In this document: positions 41,397 to 51,457 of the stretch, in pieces
Layout: every line of letters starts with the position of its first letter
Position numbering within the stretch: the first letter of the stretch is position 1
Source: Candidatus Bathyarchaeota archaeon
Lineage (GTDB): Archaea > Thermoproteota > Bathyarchaeia > Bathyarchaeales > Bathycorpusculaceae
Reading direction: 5' to 3'
Length of the DNA stretch: 64,000 nt
NCBI GenBank assembly: GCA_963828195.1
Contig: CAWHDT010000005.1
Span: 512,001 to 576,000 of the forward strand
The notes under the pieces: model-generated
What the model saw: the letters and a program-made list of their open reading frames with translations, nothing else
What the model was told of the DNA's origin: nothing
Databases searched by the model: none
Made by a program: the position numbers and the translations under genes

Positions 41397-42923
41397 CTAC
41401 TTTGTCATTGGTTCACTCCAAAAAAGGTAAACTTTCGTTTGTGAAAGTATCCCTACGAGCTTGATTAGTTTGGCAATTTTCGGCATCTCCGCATTTCTAA
41501 TGCTTTGAATATACTCGGATGTTGTTCCGTAGGCTCGATGCCCAGTAACCGCAAACTCCTTTTTGAACCGCGGATGCTTATTCTTAATTAATGATCCTTT
41601 AAGCATATCCATTTGTGCAGGGGTTAGACTTTGAAGTTTTTCTTTGACATACCGTTCGCTGCCCAAAAGCTGCAAGTCAAAACCCAACTCTGACAGTGCC
41701 TTTGAAACTCCCAAAACGCTTTCCACCGATTTTTGCTCAACTATTTTCTGCATACCTGCCTTCTCTGCAAACGGGTTATACTTCGCCATAACCGCAATCA
41801 TCTCAACATAGCATGTACCTACCAGGGGGAGGCTTTCACGGATAAGTTTGGCGCCTAAACCTATGGTTCGATATTTCGGGTGAACAACCACGCGGCTGAC
41901 AATGCTTAGCTGCTTATTCATTTCCTGCATTGACATCTTCGGCAGCACCAGACGCCTTCCATAGCAGCTTGGCGGAGGATAACTGTACACTACCACGCCG
42001 CAGAGCTCGTCACCCCGGATTAATCGAAAAATCTTGCGGGGAACAGCAACGTTGTGCCCTCGATAATGAAAACCGCTGAGCATGTGCCAATCATCAATGC
42101 TTCCCTGTTCAAACTTCATTTCTTGAATCAAACTGCACTCTTCAGCGGCATCTTTAGCGCCATAATTGATTTGAATTTCTTGCCCAAACCTCTTGTGAAC
42201 ATGAACGCTGGGATTAAGGTCAGCCAACAGGTCTCCGTGAGTTGTAGCTGCAATCACGGCTTTGCCCTGTTGCCGACCGATTTTCTGCAGGTTAAACGCA
42301 ATAATCTTCGCAGTATCCCTGTCCAAGCATGCGGCGAACTCGTCCATAAGCCACCACTGCCGCCCGCTTTCGATGAGCTTGGCAATTCTGTAACGGTACT
42401 TCTGGCCGTCGCTCAGTTGATTGTAGGTTCGGAGAAAAAGGAAGGCATCGTTCAACCCTACTTTGCTCAGCAAAGCTAAGCCTTCTTCCACTGTTGCACC
42501 GACTGTTTCAATCAGGGGTTTTTCAGGATCCACTGCGACTTCAGATAAATCCGCTGCCTCATCGCCGAGATCTGCCCTTATTGCCCGCAGCAAAACGCTT
42601 TTGCCTGACCCAGAATCCCCCGTAATATACACGACATCTCGCGGCCCAATCGCTAGTTCGGCATCAAGAACCTTGAACTTCTGCGCCTCATCAATGCCCA
42701 AACCGAAAGCTTCAGCAACAACAAGGCTCCGAGCAGTAAGTCGGGCGTGCGTTTCGTAGCTTATGTTAAAAGTGAACTTGCCCTCTGCCCTATCGTAGAC
42801 CCGGCGAAACTGCTTTATACGGAAAAACTCGGTCCGCCTCCGCGATATACGGCATTCACCATTCACACTATGCTCCGCCAGTTTCTTTCGGACACGAGTT
42901 AAGTCAGATTTTCCCTTTCTCAT
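41397..42923 (-). CDS. ABC-type ATPase fused to GNAT acetyltransferase (COG2401-like)
   Basis: GDSGSGKS, LSDGQKYR and DEFAACLD; SRVVVHPKYRTIGLG and NPFAEKAGM. Confidence 0.88.
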   Translation of the reverse strand: MRKGKSDLTRVRKKLAEHSVNGECRISRRRTEFFRIKQFRRVYDRAEGKFTFNISYETHARLTARSLVVAEAFGLGIDEAQKFKVLDAELAIGPRDVVYITGDSGSGKSVLLRAIRADLGDEAADLSEVAVDPEKPLIETVGATVEEGLALLSKVGLNDAFLFLRTYNQLSDGQKYRYRIAKLIESGRQWWLMDEFAACLDRDTAKIIAFNLQKIGRQQGKAVIAATTHGDLLADLNPSVHVHKRFGQEIQINYGAKDAAEECSLIQEMKFEQGSIDDWHMLSGFHYRGHNVAVPRKIFRLIRGDELCGVVVYSYPPPSCYGRRLVLPKMSMQEMNKQLSIVSRVVVHPKYRTIGLGAKLIRESLPLVGTCYVEMIAVMAKYNPFAEKAGMQKIVEQKSVESVLGVSKALSELGFDLQLLGSERYVKEKLQSLTPAQMDMLKGSLIKNKHPRFKKEFAVTGHRAYGTTSEYIQSIRNAEMPKIAKLIKLVGILSQTKVYLFWSEPMTK

Positions 42924-43020
42924 TCTACATAGCCTCCGCTGACCATAAATTTACAATGCCGAAAAATAGCTAGTTAAATTCTCAGATATTAAAGAAAAAA
43001 CAGCAAATTATTGGTTTACA

Positions 43021-43266
43021 CTATGTTTTGCGACCAGCAAAAACTCCGACGACTATCCCGACCAACCCTGTAATGGCGCTAAAAACTTCGCTGTTCCAAT
43101 TATGCAAGAACGCCATGTTGGCTATCTCAACCGCTGAAAAGCAAACGGTCATTGCTATGCCGAACTTTACCACGTACACGAGTGTCTCGTCAGGCTCCTC
43201 GTCAACAAGGCGCCCACGCTGAAAACGTCGACGTGTCAACGCGCGTTTAATCGGGTCGACCATCAA
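43021..43266 (-). CDS. Small 2-TM protein (holin-like?)
   Basis: Two TM segments at the end of the tail operon. Confidence 0.55.
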   Translation of the reverse strand: MMVDPIKRALTRRRFQRGRLVDEEPDETLVYVVKFGIAMTVCFSAVEIANMAFLHNWNSEVFSAITGLVGIVVGVFAGRKT

Positions 43267-43702
43267 CGCTCAACCTCAACTGCAAAATCCTTCGCTGAAA
43301 CGTTCGGGAACGATGAAGCGTCCGGTGCCCGCCAAGCAGGAAACTGTTGACCAGCGTGCCAGCAACCTCTTCGGGAACGTGCTCCTTAACTATTACAGAC
43401 ATGTCGGCTGTCCAGCTTATCGGGATGGCGGTGTAATCCATGTCGAAGAGTCCGTCGGCGTAGCGGAAACTGTTCTGTGCAAGAACTATATGCTTTGTCT
43501 TGGTGCCTAAGACGCCTATGAAGATTCCCCAGCTTTTAACCGGGACATCAATAGCTGCTCCGCTGCCGCTGCTTTTTCCGACGCTGGCGTCGCACCATTC
43601 GACACAGATCAAGTCGCCCACACTGAGCGATTTAAGCTGCTCCTTCAAATCTTTCTCCTTAGCCTTGTTTTCTTTATCACATTCTTTAGTTTCTTTTTTC
43701 AA
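43247..43702 (-). CDS. Hypothetical viral protein
   Basis: VEWCDAS...SWGIFIG...VLAQN; GGGAAAGTGA RBS region. Confidence 0.7.
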   Translation of the reverse strand: MKKETKECDKENKAKEKDLKEQLKSLSVGDLICVEWCDASVGKSSGSGAAIDVPVKSWGIFIGVLGTKTKHIVLAQNSFRYADGLFDMDYTAIPISWTADMSVIVKEHVPEEVAGTLVNSFLLGGHRTLHRSRTFQRRILQLRLSVDGRPD

Positions 43703-43758
43703 AACTTGTCACTTTCCCTCTCTCAATTACCATGAAATTTCGCGCTTGACAACGGCGC

Positions 43759-46593
43759 TTAAACGCCTGCTCCTGCAAGCAACGCTAGCGCGATTGGCAG
43801 AATTAGGAATCCGCCTTCTGTGGTTCCTATTTGGCTTCGCCACACCCTACCCTTTACATCGACCATGTCACATACTTGTCCGCCGCTTAGCGACAACCAT
43901 TTGATAAAACTGATTAATCCCGCAATCAACGAAGCATAGGTAACGCTATCTACGGTTTGGCATGCTACAGCCATCAACGCTGCATACCCAGAGTATTCGT
44001 TTTGTGTTTGGCCAGAGGCGCCGGTGTAGGGGCAGTAGTATTCGCCGCCCCAAGAGCCGCGGGTTAACGTATTGATGTAGCTTAGACAGATTTCGCATTG
44101 ACTGCTAAAATCGCCTGCCGTTTGGTAAGCGCTCTTTGCGAACGCGTAGACTGCCCAGCTGCAAAGCGCCTGCGTGTAACTGATTTTTTCTTCATATGTG
44201 AAGGGAACATTGGTGTTTTGCCCATAAGGATACGATGTATCATAATACTGGGCAGCTGTTCCCCGCCATCCAGTAACCGCTATGCTGTAGTAGAGGTTGT
44301 TAGCGAAAGTTTGTACACTGTAACCTGAAGCCGTCACAAGACTGACGCCGTAGGCGTCCATGGCAAACTTCGCTGAAAGCAAACATTCGCCGCAGTCAGC
44401 AAGCAAAGCCGTCGTGTCTGTGGCTCCATCGAGGATTTCGTTTGCGATAAGATTCGATGAGTAAGCCACCGTATGCGCGTACTGAAGCTTACGCAGAAAA
44501 TCAAGTGCATGCTGCACGTTTGCTTTATACCGGGTTCCGCTTGTTAATCGATCATAGTTGCTCATAGCCCAAGCAAGCAGAGCTGCGCCGGAATCAACCT
44601 TCAAGTTGCCGTCTGTGCCTTCTGAAGTTTCAGTAACAACGGCATAGGGCGAATAGGGGTTGTACTGTTGGTACCAGCTGCCGTCTGAATTCTGCAGCGA
44701 AGCCCACAGGTCAAGAATACTCTGCACTTGACCGTAATATGTGGAGCCGCCGTACTGCAGTAAAGCCAGTATTGCGTAGCCAGCTTCATAACAGTTCATC
44801 GTTCCCGTGGGCGACGAAACAACAATGTCGCCGCCTAAAATGCACGAAGTCACCAGGTAACTGAGGCTTACCGTGTATCTTGCTTTAACATTTGTCGCGT
44901 AAGTTAAGAATAATTCACCACTGCTAACGGTAACTGTGGTGGGCACGTTTACGTAGCTAATAAGGGGAAAAAAGTAAAGCGAATACACCTCCGCTGCACC
45001 GAGGACACGCGCAAAAAACATAACTTCAGACTCTACCCCAGTGAAGCCTCCCGCTGAAGCACTTTGCGCACCTATGTACGTGTCACTCGTACTGCTACCG
45101 ATTGCACCAGTTTGAGACAGCTGCACCAACACGGGCCCATTAAGGTAAATGTACATGTTTGTTCCATCATAAACAAAAGCGCCGAAGAGCCGCCCATTTA
45201 GAGTCGCCGATCCTGCCGGTGCCGTTAAGGTTACCCAGGCGCCGCCGATGTACAAGCCGAAAACGATGCTGCCGTTCGCTTGTAATTGAACGTAAAATTG
45301 GTTAGCTTTATACACGAGATATTGCGCGGCTGCCGCGGTTGGCGAGAACCAAGCTGTGAACGAAAATTTAGATAAGCCGCCAAAATCTACGACGTTGGCA
45401 GGGATGTCAACGTAAGAGCCGTTTCCGTTAAACATTAAAACTTCTGTGTTTGGCCCTTGAACCCAAACGTTTCCTGAGCCTATCGTGCCGTTGTTTGCGT
45501 TTGGACTTTGATCGGTCGCTACTGTGCCGCTTCCTTCGCCAAGATGATAGAAGCCGATAAGGCTTTGCAGACTTACACTGGCGCCCTGAACTTGATCACT
45601 GCTAACGGGCATGGTGTTTAGTGCAGTTGTTGTCCCGGCAACGGTGTTTAAAATGTCATCGAGACTTGGATCAGTCAAATTAGCGAAAACAGCTGCAGAA
45701 CGGACAACGTCCAAGATAGCCTTAGTCAAGTTCTTTGTTATTTGATAAATCTCGTAGGTTCCGCTTAAACCCAATTCTGCACCATTGCTTATCGTAACTA
45801 AATCGCCGCTGTTTAGAAGCGCAGCCTGACCTATGTCACATTCAAGCGGACAACCGCTGTTGGTCTCCTGCAAAGCCTGAAGGTAATAGCCAGCTAAATT
45901 ATTCAGCGATGCCTGGCTTATCGCCGTTTTATTTGTAATAACTTGAACATTGTAGCCTGCACCCGTATTCCCGGCGGACCCTGTGATTGCGTTTCCGACT
46001 GGATCAACCCCGCGGACTATAACGCCGTCGTAACCGCTTTTGCTGCGGTCAACACTTACGCTGCTTTGGCTATCAACCGTTATCGCCGTTGGAGTTTGGT
46101 TGCCTTTAAGTGCAATGTTAACGGTTGTGCCTTCGTTGAACATGTTTAAACCTAAAATATTAGCCAGGTTTAAGGCTGCTGTGTAGCAGTCGGTCGAATT
46201 AAACTGCGTGCTAACAACTGTTGATGGGCAAGAACCAGCAGTCATGCCTGATGCGGCGCAGATTGCAGCTAGAACCGCGAATGCGGCAACATTACTGTAT
46301 GAACCCGTGATCTGCCTTTTCTTAAGCAACTCACATGTGTTATTGTATACGATACATTCAATCTGTGTAAACGTTGCCTTATACGCCATAAGCAAACCGC
46401 TAAAAGCAACCGTGCCTCCCCACAGAAGCTGAACTTGCTGGTTACTTTGAACAAAAGTCAAATTCGACGCATTGTTAGGAATGATGAAATCTAATTCCAA
46501 CTGCCCATTTAATTTGTCGGTTATCTGATCAATCACGGCGTTTGATATGTTAACCCACGAAGACCCGTTAAAATACTGAAAAACCCACGGCAT
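43759..46593 (-). CDS. Tail tip/hub protein with LamG domain and C-terminal alpha/alpha-toroid domain
   Basis: Follows Dit; LIGFYHLGEGSGT...DQSPNANNG LamG start; LQNSDGSW toroid repeat. Confidence 0.75.
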   Translation of the reverse strand: MPWVFQYFNGSSWVNISNAVIDQITDKLNGQLELDFIIPNNASNLTFVQSNQQVQLLWGGTVAFSGLLMAYKATFTQIECIVYNNTCELLKKRQITGSYSNVAAFAVLAAICAASGMTAGSCPSTVVSTQFNSTDCYTAALNLANILGLNMFNEGTTVNIALKGNQTPTAITVDSQSSVSVDRSKSGYDGVIVRGVDPVGNAITGSAGNTGAGYNVQVITNKTAISQASLNNLAGYYLQALQETNSGCPLECDIGQAALLNSGDLVTISNGAELGLSGTYEIYQITKNLTKAILDVVRSAAVFANLTDPSLDDILNTVAGTTTALNTMPVSSDQVQGASVSLQSLIGFYHLGEGSGTVATDQSPNANNGTIGSGNVWVQGPNTEVLMFNGNGSYVDIPANVVDFGGLSKFSFTAWFSPTAAAAQYLVYKANQFYVQLQANGSIVFGLYIGGAWVTLTAPAGSATLNGRLFGAFVYDGTNMYIYLNGPVLVQLSQTGAIGSSTSDTYIGAQSASAGGFTGVESEVMFFARVLGAAEVYSLYFFPLISYVNVPTTVTVSSGELFLTYATNVKARYTVSLSYLVTSCILGGDIVVSSPTGTMNCYEAGYAILALLQYGGSTYYGQVQSILDLWASLQNSDGSWYQQYNPYSPYAVVTETSEGTDGNLKVDSGAALLAWAMSNYDRLTSGTRYKANVQHALDFLRKLQYAHTVAYSSNLIANEILDGATDTTALLADCGECLLSAKFAMDAYGVSLVTASGYSVQTFANNLYYSIAVTGWRGTAAQYYDTSYPYGQNTNVPFTYEEKISYTQALCSWAVYAFAKSAYQTAGDFSSQCEICLSYINTLTRGSWGGEYYCPYTGASGQTQNEYSGYAALMAVACQTVDSVTYASLIAGLISFIKWLSLSGGQVCDMVDVKGRVWRSQIGTTEGGFLILPIALALLAGAGV

Positions 46594-46595
46594 AA

Positions 46596-46991
46596 CTAGA
46601 GCACCACGTAACTTGCTGCATGCTTAAAAACCAAATTGAATTTGAGAACAGGGTTATTCGCGTAATCTTTAGTTTGAATGAAAGTTGCTTTATCCAGCTT
46701 CCAAGTGCTGTTAAGGCTTGACCGGGGAGTCAACAGCGTACAGATTAAGCCTCTCATAGCAAGCAAAGGCATAACATAATTCGAGTCCAAATAAGCAATG
46801 TTTTGCCCTGAAGCGTAAAGGATGCCCTCTAACGTCAGCTGCCGTATGTCGCTGCCGATCGAAACCAACACTGGCTCCTGCTCAGGCACCGTAATTGTTG
46901 CGTCGTCAACTGTTGGCGCTTCATCCGTAACTGTCTGCGGGGGCAACGGAAGCGTAACCGCCGTGGATCCCTGTGTTATTTGCCAACTCAT
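46596..46991 (-). CDS. Distal tail (Dit-like) protein
   Basis: Position after TMP; G.DIRQLTLEG motif. Confidence 0.6.
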   Translation of the reverse strand: MSWQITQGSTAVTLPLPPQTVTDEAPTVDDATITVPEQEPVLVSIGSDIRQLTLEGILYASGQNIAYLDSNYVMPLLAMRGLICTLLTPRSSLNSTWKLDKATFIQTKDYANNPVLKFNLVFKHAASYVVL

Positions 46992-48377
46992 CTACATCAC
47001 CTTATTCATTATGCCTTTCTTGTACATTGCATCACAGATTCCCTTGGATACGGCGTCACGTGTCTGCTTAAGCGAAGCTGACCCAGATATGCTGCCGATT
47101 GTAATGTTTGGCGAAGCAATGTTCACGTTTGACGCCGCCGAGCCGCCTTGAACTTTAACGTTGCCTGATAAACCCTGCAACGACGAGCCCAAAGTGTTGG
47201 TTTTATGCGCCAACTGATCGCTAAGTGAAAGACTCTGCGTAATCTGTTTGTTAAATTCCTCAGCAGCGGGAGCCGCATGTGCAAAGCATAAGTGGCTAAG
47301 CGCTGACCCTAAGTCGCCAATTACGCTGCTCAGCGGCTTCACAGCGTTCGCAACGGCGTTAATCGCCACTTCAAAAGCCTTCACCGGAACAAGCGCAACA
47401 TCCAAGTCGGCAACTAAAACCTCTTTGAAAAAGTTAGCCACTGGAAGCAGCACGTTGCTGTAAGCCGCGTTTAAAGCATTCCATAAAGCGTCACCTGCAG
47501 TTTTCAAAGCGTCAAAAGCAGTTAATACGGCTCCGCCGACTATGTGGCCGATGTCGTTGATGACGTCGCGGAAAGGCGCACAGTTCTCGTAAGCCCAAAT
47601 TATCCCAGCGGTTAAACCCGCAACTGCCAATGCAACCAGAATTATCGGGTTAGCATCCATAACAACGTTGAGAGTTGTTTGAAGGCCAGTCCATATCTGC
47701 GTTGCATTTGACGCTAAACCGATAACGTTTACGAACGCGGGAATAACGGTGAGGGCTGACATTATAAGCGTGCTGTTGTAACTTCGCTGCGCCTCGGAGA
47801 CCCGTTCCGCGTCGATTGACTGGGTTTGCTCAGCGAGGCTTAACGCGTTCGCCGCATCTTGGGCTTGAAGACTATTTTCGCCGTATTCCGCAACCGCTTT
47901 GTTGTATGCCTGCTGCGCCAGCGTAACGCTGTTTGCAGCTTTTTCCTCCATAAGATTAGCGCGGCTAAGGCTAACCTGCGCGTTTTCAATATTGTTTACA
48001 GCCATATACAGCATGGCACCGCTCATCGCAGCGCTATTCATCTGCATCGCGTTTTGACTGAAACTTTGGCTGGACGCATCCGTCGCAGTGCTTGCCGCGC
48101 CTGTGCTTGTCGTTATCTGGTTCATGCTTACCTGCGCGGTGCTGCCGGCTTGAGTGAAAGCGTCCTGCATCTGGCTGGTGTCAGCTTGCACCGTGGTAGT
48201 CATGGTTGAAACGCTGCTTGCGGTTTGCTGCATGCTGTCTGAAACGTCGCTGCTCATCGTGTCAGAAGCTTCGCTGACATTGCTGCTCATATCAGTAAAG
48301 TTGCTGCTGACCTCTTGAAAAACGTCTGATGCGTCATCAGTTGCAACTATGTCTATTTCTACAGGAGCTCCGCTCAT
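46992..48377 (-). CDS. Tail tape measure protein
   Basis: EIDIVATDDAS start; ANPIILVALAVAGL...WAYENCAPFRD; Ala/Ser-rich helices. Confidence 0.88.
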   Translation of the reverse strand: MSGAPVEIDIVATDDASDVFQEVSSNFTDMSSNVSEASDTMSSDVSDSMQQTASSVSTMTTTVQADTSQMQDAFTQAGSTAQVSMNQITTSTGAASTATDASSQSFSQNAMQMNSAAMSGAMLYMAVNNIENAQVSLSRANLMEEKAANSVTLAQQAYNKAVAEYGENSLQAQDAANALSLAEQTQSIDAERVSEAQRSYNSTLIMSALTVIPAFVNVIGLASNATQIWTGLQTTLNVVMDANPIILVALAVAGLTAGIIWAYENCAPFRDVINDIGHIVGGAVLTAFDALKTAGDALWNALNAAYSNVLLPVANFFKEVLVADLDVALVPVKAFEVAINAVANAVKPLSSVIGDLGSALSHLCFAHAAPAAEEFNKQITQSLSLSDQLAHKTNTLGSSLQGLSGNVKVQGGSAASNVNIASPNITIGSISGSASLKQTRDAVSKGICDAMYKKGIMNKVM

Positions 48378-48483
48378 TTGTTTTTAGCCTTCTGAAACAT
48401 TTTTTAGGCGCTCCAGCCATACCTTAGTGCATTCAGGGTTGGCTGAGGCTCTGGAAACTTGGGAATGAAGTTCTGTCTTAACT

Positions 48484-49266
48484 TTATTTTTCAGCTTGAT
48501 TCCATAAATCGTCAAAGTAGTTTTGAAATATTTCTATGCATCCGGGATGGCTAAGAAAAAGAATAAATCCCTCGCCAATTCCCGCGTTTTCCAGAAGAGG
48601 AACCCAGACCACCCTATTGTCGCATATTGACACTTCCACCTTTGGCGTGAAGGGGACATATCTTATCTGGAAGTTGGGTTCTTTAACCAAACTTTGGAAT
48701 TCATCTTTATCAATTAGATTATTCTTGGACTTTTCAACAATGACGCGGTATTTGACACCTCGGTTCACTGCAGAGAGGTAATCTTCAGATTTTCCTAATA
48801 CCCCCACGAAAAATGCTTTGCGGTTAACTAAAATGTCGTGACTCTCTTTTGTCTCTGCGCATACTCGGCTAACTTCATTAAGGGTCTTTTCTTTGTTGAA
48901 ATTTAATATCTTGAAATTTGAGGTTTCTACTCTGTTCACATTTTCAGAATGAATTTCGTTCAGCAAAGATACCAATTCAGACTGGATTTTAAGATATTGC
49001 TCTTCCTTGCGCCTTAAAAGGGCGGATATCCCTTCTTTGAGCGGAACAGCTTCCCACAAATTTATTGTGCCTAGAGTCTCTTCAAGCAAGCCCAATTTTT
49101 GTAATTGCGAGATTGCTTGATAGACGTTCGATCGGTCTGTATCTATTCTTTTCGAAAGATTGCTTACAGTTTCTTTTCCAGTTTGAATCAAAGTCAAATA
49201 TACCATAGCTTGAAGAGAAGTTAGCCCTGCCTTTCTGAGGGTTTGGACATCTTTTTCCGAAACCAT
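48484..49266 (-). CDS. TrmB-family transcriptional regulator (cargo)
   Basis: LRKAGLTSLQAMVYLTL...RSNVYQAISQLQKLGLL HTH; PLD-like sensor ending FDDLWNQA. Confidence 0.85.
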   Translation of the reverse strand: MVSEKDVQTLRKAGLTSLQAMVYLTLIQTGKETVSNLSKRIDTDRSNVYQAISQLQKLGLLEETLGTINLWEAVPLKEGISALLRRKEEQYLKIQSELVSLLNEIHSENVNRVETSNFKILNFNKEKTLNEVSRVCAETKESHDILVNRKAFFVGVLGKSEDYLSAVNRGVKYRVIVEKSKNNLIDKDEFQSLVKEPNFQIRYVPFTPKVEVSICDNRVVWVPLLENAGIGEGFILFLSHPGCIEIFQNYFDDLWNQAEK

Positions 49267-49305
49267 AATGTTTAGCCTCCACAATCGCATGAAAGAGCTA
49301 ACGAA

Positions 49306-49340
49306 CAGATTTAGGGTTTTTCAGATTTAAGGTTTTTCAG
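49306..49340. promoter_or_regulatory. 16-bp tandem repeat in the TrmB/SDR divergent promoter
   Basis: CAGATTTAGGGTTTTT followed by CAGATTTAAGGTTTTT. Confidence 0.4.
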
Positions 49341-49445
49341 AATCGCGGCGGATGACCAAGTGATGCGGTGTGCACTAAACACCACATAATAATAAATGAC
49401 AAATTGCAACAAACAGTTACTTACTAAAAAAGAAGGTAAGAAAAC

Positions 49446-50225
49446 ATGCTATTGAAGGGAAAGAGAATAATTGTAACAGGCGGAGTTACAGGAATTGGAA
49501 AAGCAACAGTATTGGCATGCGCCCGAGAAGGCGCAAAAGTAGTTTCTATCTCACGAGCCAAACCCACTGAAGAGCGAGTACAAAAGGTGATAAACGCAGC
49601 AAACGAACTTGGAGCTGGACAAGCCACCCACATGCAGGCCGACGTCAGCAACCAATCCATAGTAAACAGTGCTTTTGAAAGAGCAGTTGCTTGGATGGGT
49701 GGATTGGACGTACTCATAAACTGTGCTGGTCTCGAACAACAGAAACCGGCAGAGGATCTTACGGAAGATGATTTACATGAGCAATTTGCAGTTCATGTGC
49801 TAGGTACAGCTTTCACGAATGCAGCCGCGTTTCGTTATATGAAAAAAACAGGTGGTTCAATAGTCAATTATGCCTCTTATGCTGGAGTTTGCGGGATGCC
49901 GGGAATGCCGTCATATAGTGCTGCTAAGGGAGCGGTAATTGGTTACTCAAGAACCATTGCAAAAGATTGGGCGCAATACTGGATTAGAGTCAACATAGTA
50001 TGCCCTGGTGTCTTGACCGAGCTCGCAGAGTCATGGTATAAAGAGATGTCACCTGAGAGAATGGCGCAGATTAACGCTTGGATGGCAGCTACGATACCTT
50101 TAGGTGGCAAGCTTGGCAAAATGGAAGATGCCGCAAACCTAAATGTGTTCTTGGCAAGTGACATGTCGCGTTTTGTGCATGGACAGACCATCGGCGTAGA
50201 TGGCGGCATGATGATGAGCCGATAA
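49446..50225 (+). CDS. Short-chain dehydrogenase/reductase (cargo)
   Basis: TGGVTGIG, INCAG, YSAAK and IRVNIVCPG motifs. Confidence 0.93.
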   Translation: MLLKGKRIIVTGGVTGIGKATVLACAREGAKVVSISRAKPTEERVQKVINAANELGAGQATHMQADVSNQSIVNSAFERAVAWMGGLDVLINCAGLEQQKPAEDLTEDDLHEQFAVHVLGTAFTNAAAFRYMKKTGGSIVNYASYAGVCGMPGMPSYSAAKGAVIGYSRTIAKDWAQYWIRVNIVCPGVLTELAESWYKEMSPERMAQINAWMAATIPLGGKLGKMEDAANLNVFLASDMSRFVHGQTIGVDGGMMMSR

Positions 50226-50488
50226 ACCTTGGGAATCCTAATGCTCGAGGATTCACCCCATTTTTCCTTTTTTATGAAAGACACTTATGCAAGGAAACTT
50301 TGACTTTCGACTATACATAAAACTCTAACTACTATTTTTGGTGCTATCTAACTAGGGCTCAGTCCAGTTTTGCTTAGCGCGTCTTACGCTCCACTTATCT
50401 TGTTTCTAGCCTTCTGACAATTTTTTGAACCATACTGCGGATTGTATCAAAAATTCCAGCTGAAAATTGGTTAGGCTTGCCGCGTATT

Positions 50489-50941
50489 CTAGGGTGTAGT
50501 GGTAGAGGTTGACGACGGCTGCGAGGCGCTGGGCTTCGCCGCTCCAGCTAATCCAGTCATTGACCGCCTCACCGTTCGCGGTAAAAAACCCTCATTCAAC
50601 AGCGCCTTCTCCAAAGCACGCACAAGATCCCACGGTGCATCGCGAAAATCCTTCTCAGTCAAAGCGGGGTAACAAGGCTGCATCATCTTGAATAAGGCTT
50701 GCAACTCAAATTCGCGTTGATCATCCTTGTATTTTCTGCCAAGCTCGCTTAGTTCCTCATGACTAAGCAAAACGAATTTAACCCAGCCCGCGCCAGTCAC
50801 ATTAGCCTCCTGCGGAACCTTGCTGCTTTTGAGCAGGCCTACGCTGAAGTTTTTGAAACGCTCCCTCTGCTCAGCCTCATACTCGTTAAATGCTGCTTTA
50901 AGTTTCTCGAAACCTTCACTATCAAATTTTTCTTCACTCAT
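50489..50941 (-). CDS. Tail assembly chaperone (gpG-like); -1 frameshift product extends to 50406
   Basis: Between tube and TMP; slippery GGT TTT TTA near 50583-50591; -1 frame open to 50406. Confidence 0.8.
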   Translation of the reverse strand: MSEEKFDSEGFEKLKAAFNEYEAEQRERFKNFSVGLLKSSKVPQEANVTGAGWVKFVLLSHEELSELGRKYKDDQREFELQALFKMMQPCYPALTEKDFRDAPWDLVRALEKALLNEGFLPRTVRRSMTGLAGAAKPSASQPSSTSTTTP

Positions 50942-51054
50942 CAAATCATCTCATTAAATTGTTAATACAATTATCTGTGGTTGTTTCGCTGTGACTACAA
51001 TCGTTTATAGAGAGCATGCTATTCTGAACTCTAATGATAAGTTTTGGAGGTGAA

Positions 51055-51255
51055 TTTTTGGAAAACAAATCGCAGACGGGTGAGACTAAGAAGATGCGGT
51101 CTTTTACTTGTCCTACCTGCGGATGGACGGTGACATCGCCCTTTGGCGATGATGACATTATGCAAGACGTTATCCTTCATTCGAAAAATCATCACGGCGG
51201 TGGAGTAACTCAAAGCAACAGCGAAGCCGTAAAGAAAAGGATTAAAGATGTTTAG
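51055..51255 (+). CDS. Small metal-binding protein (DUF1059-like), cargo
   Basis: FTCPTCGW...VILHSKNHH; GGAGGTGA RBS before TTG. Confidence 0.65.
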   Translation, partial: FLENKSQTGETKKMRSFTCPTCGWTVTSPFGDDDIMQDVILHSKNHHGGGVTQSNSEAVKKRIKDV

Positions 51256-51457
51256 ATTTCTTGAAACCTTCAACGTCAAATTTTTCTTCGTTATGTTCAC
51301 TCATATTTTCACCAATTATTTCTCTTTCTTTTTGGGATAATGTTCAGGATGACGGCGCCTGTCGCTAACCCACGTTACTTCAACCATTCATTTTCACCTT
51401 TCAAATTTAACTCTAAAATTAAGAAACTGGGAAAAAACAAAGGAGCAGAGAAGTCAC

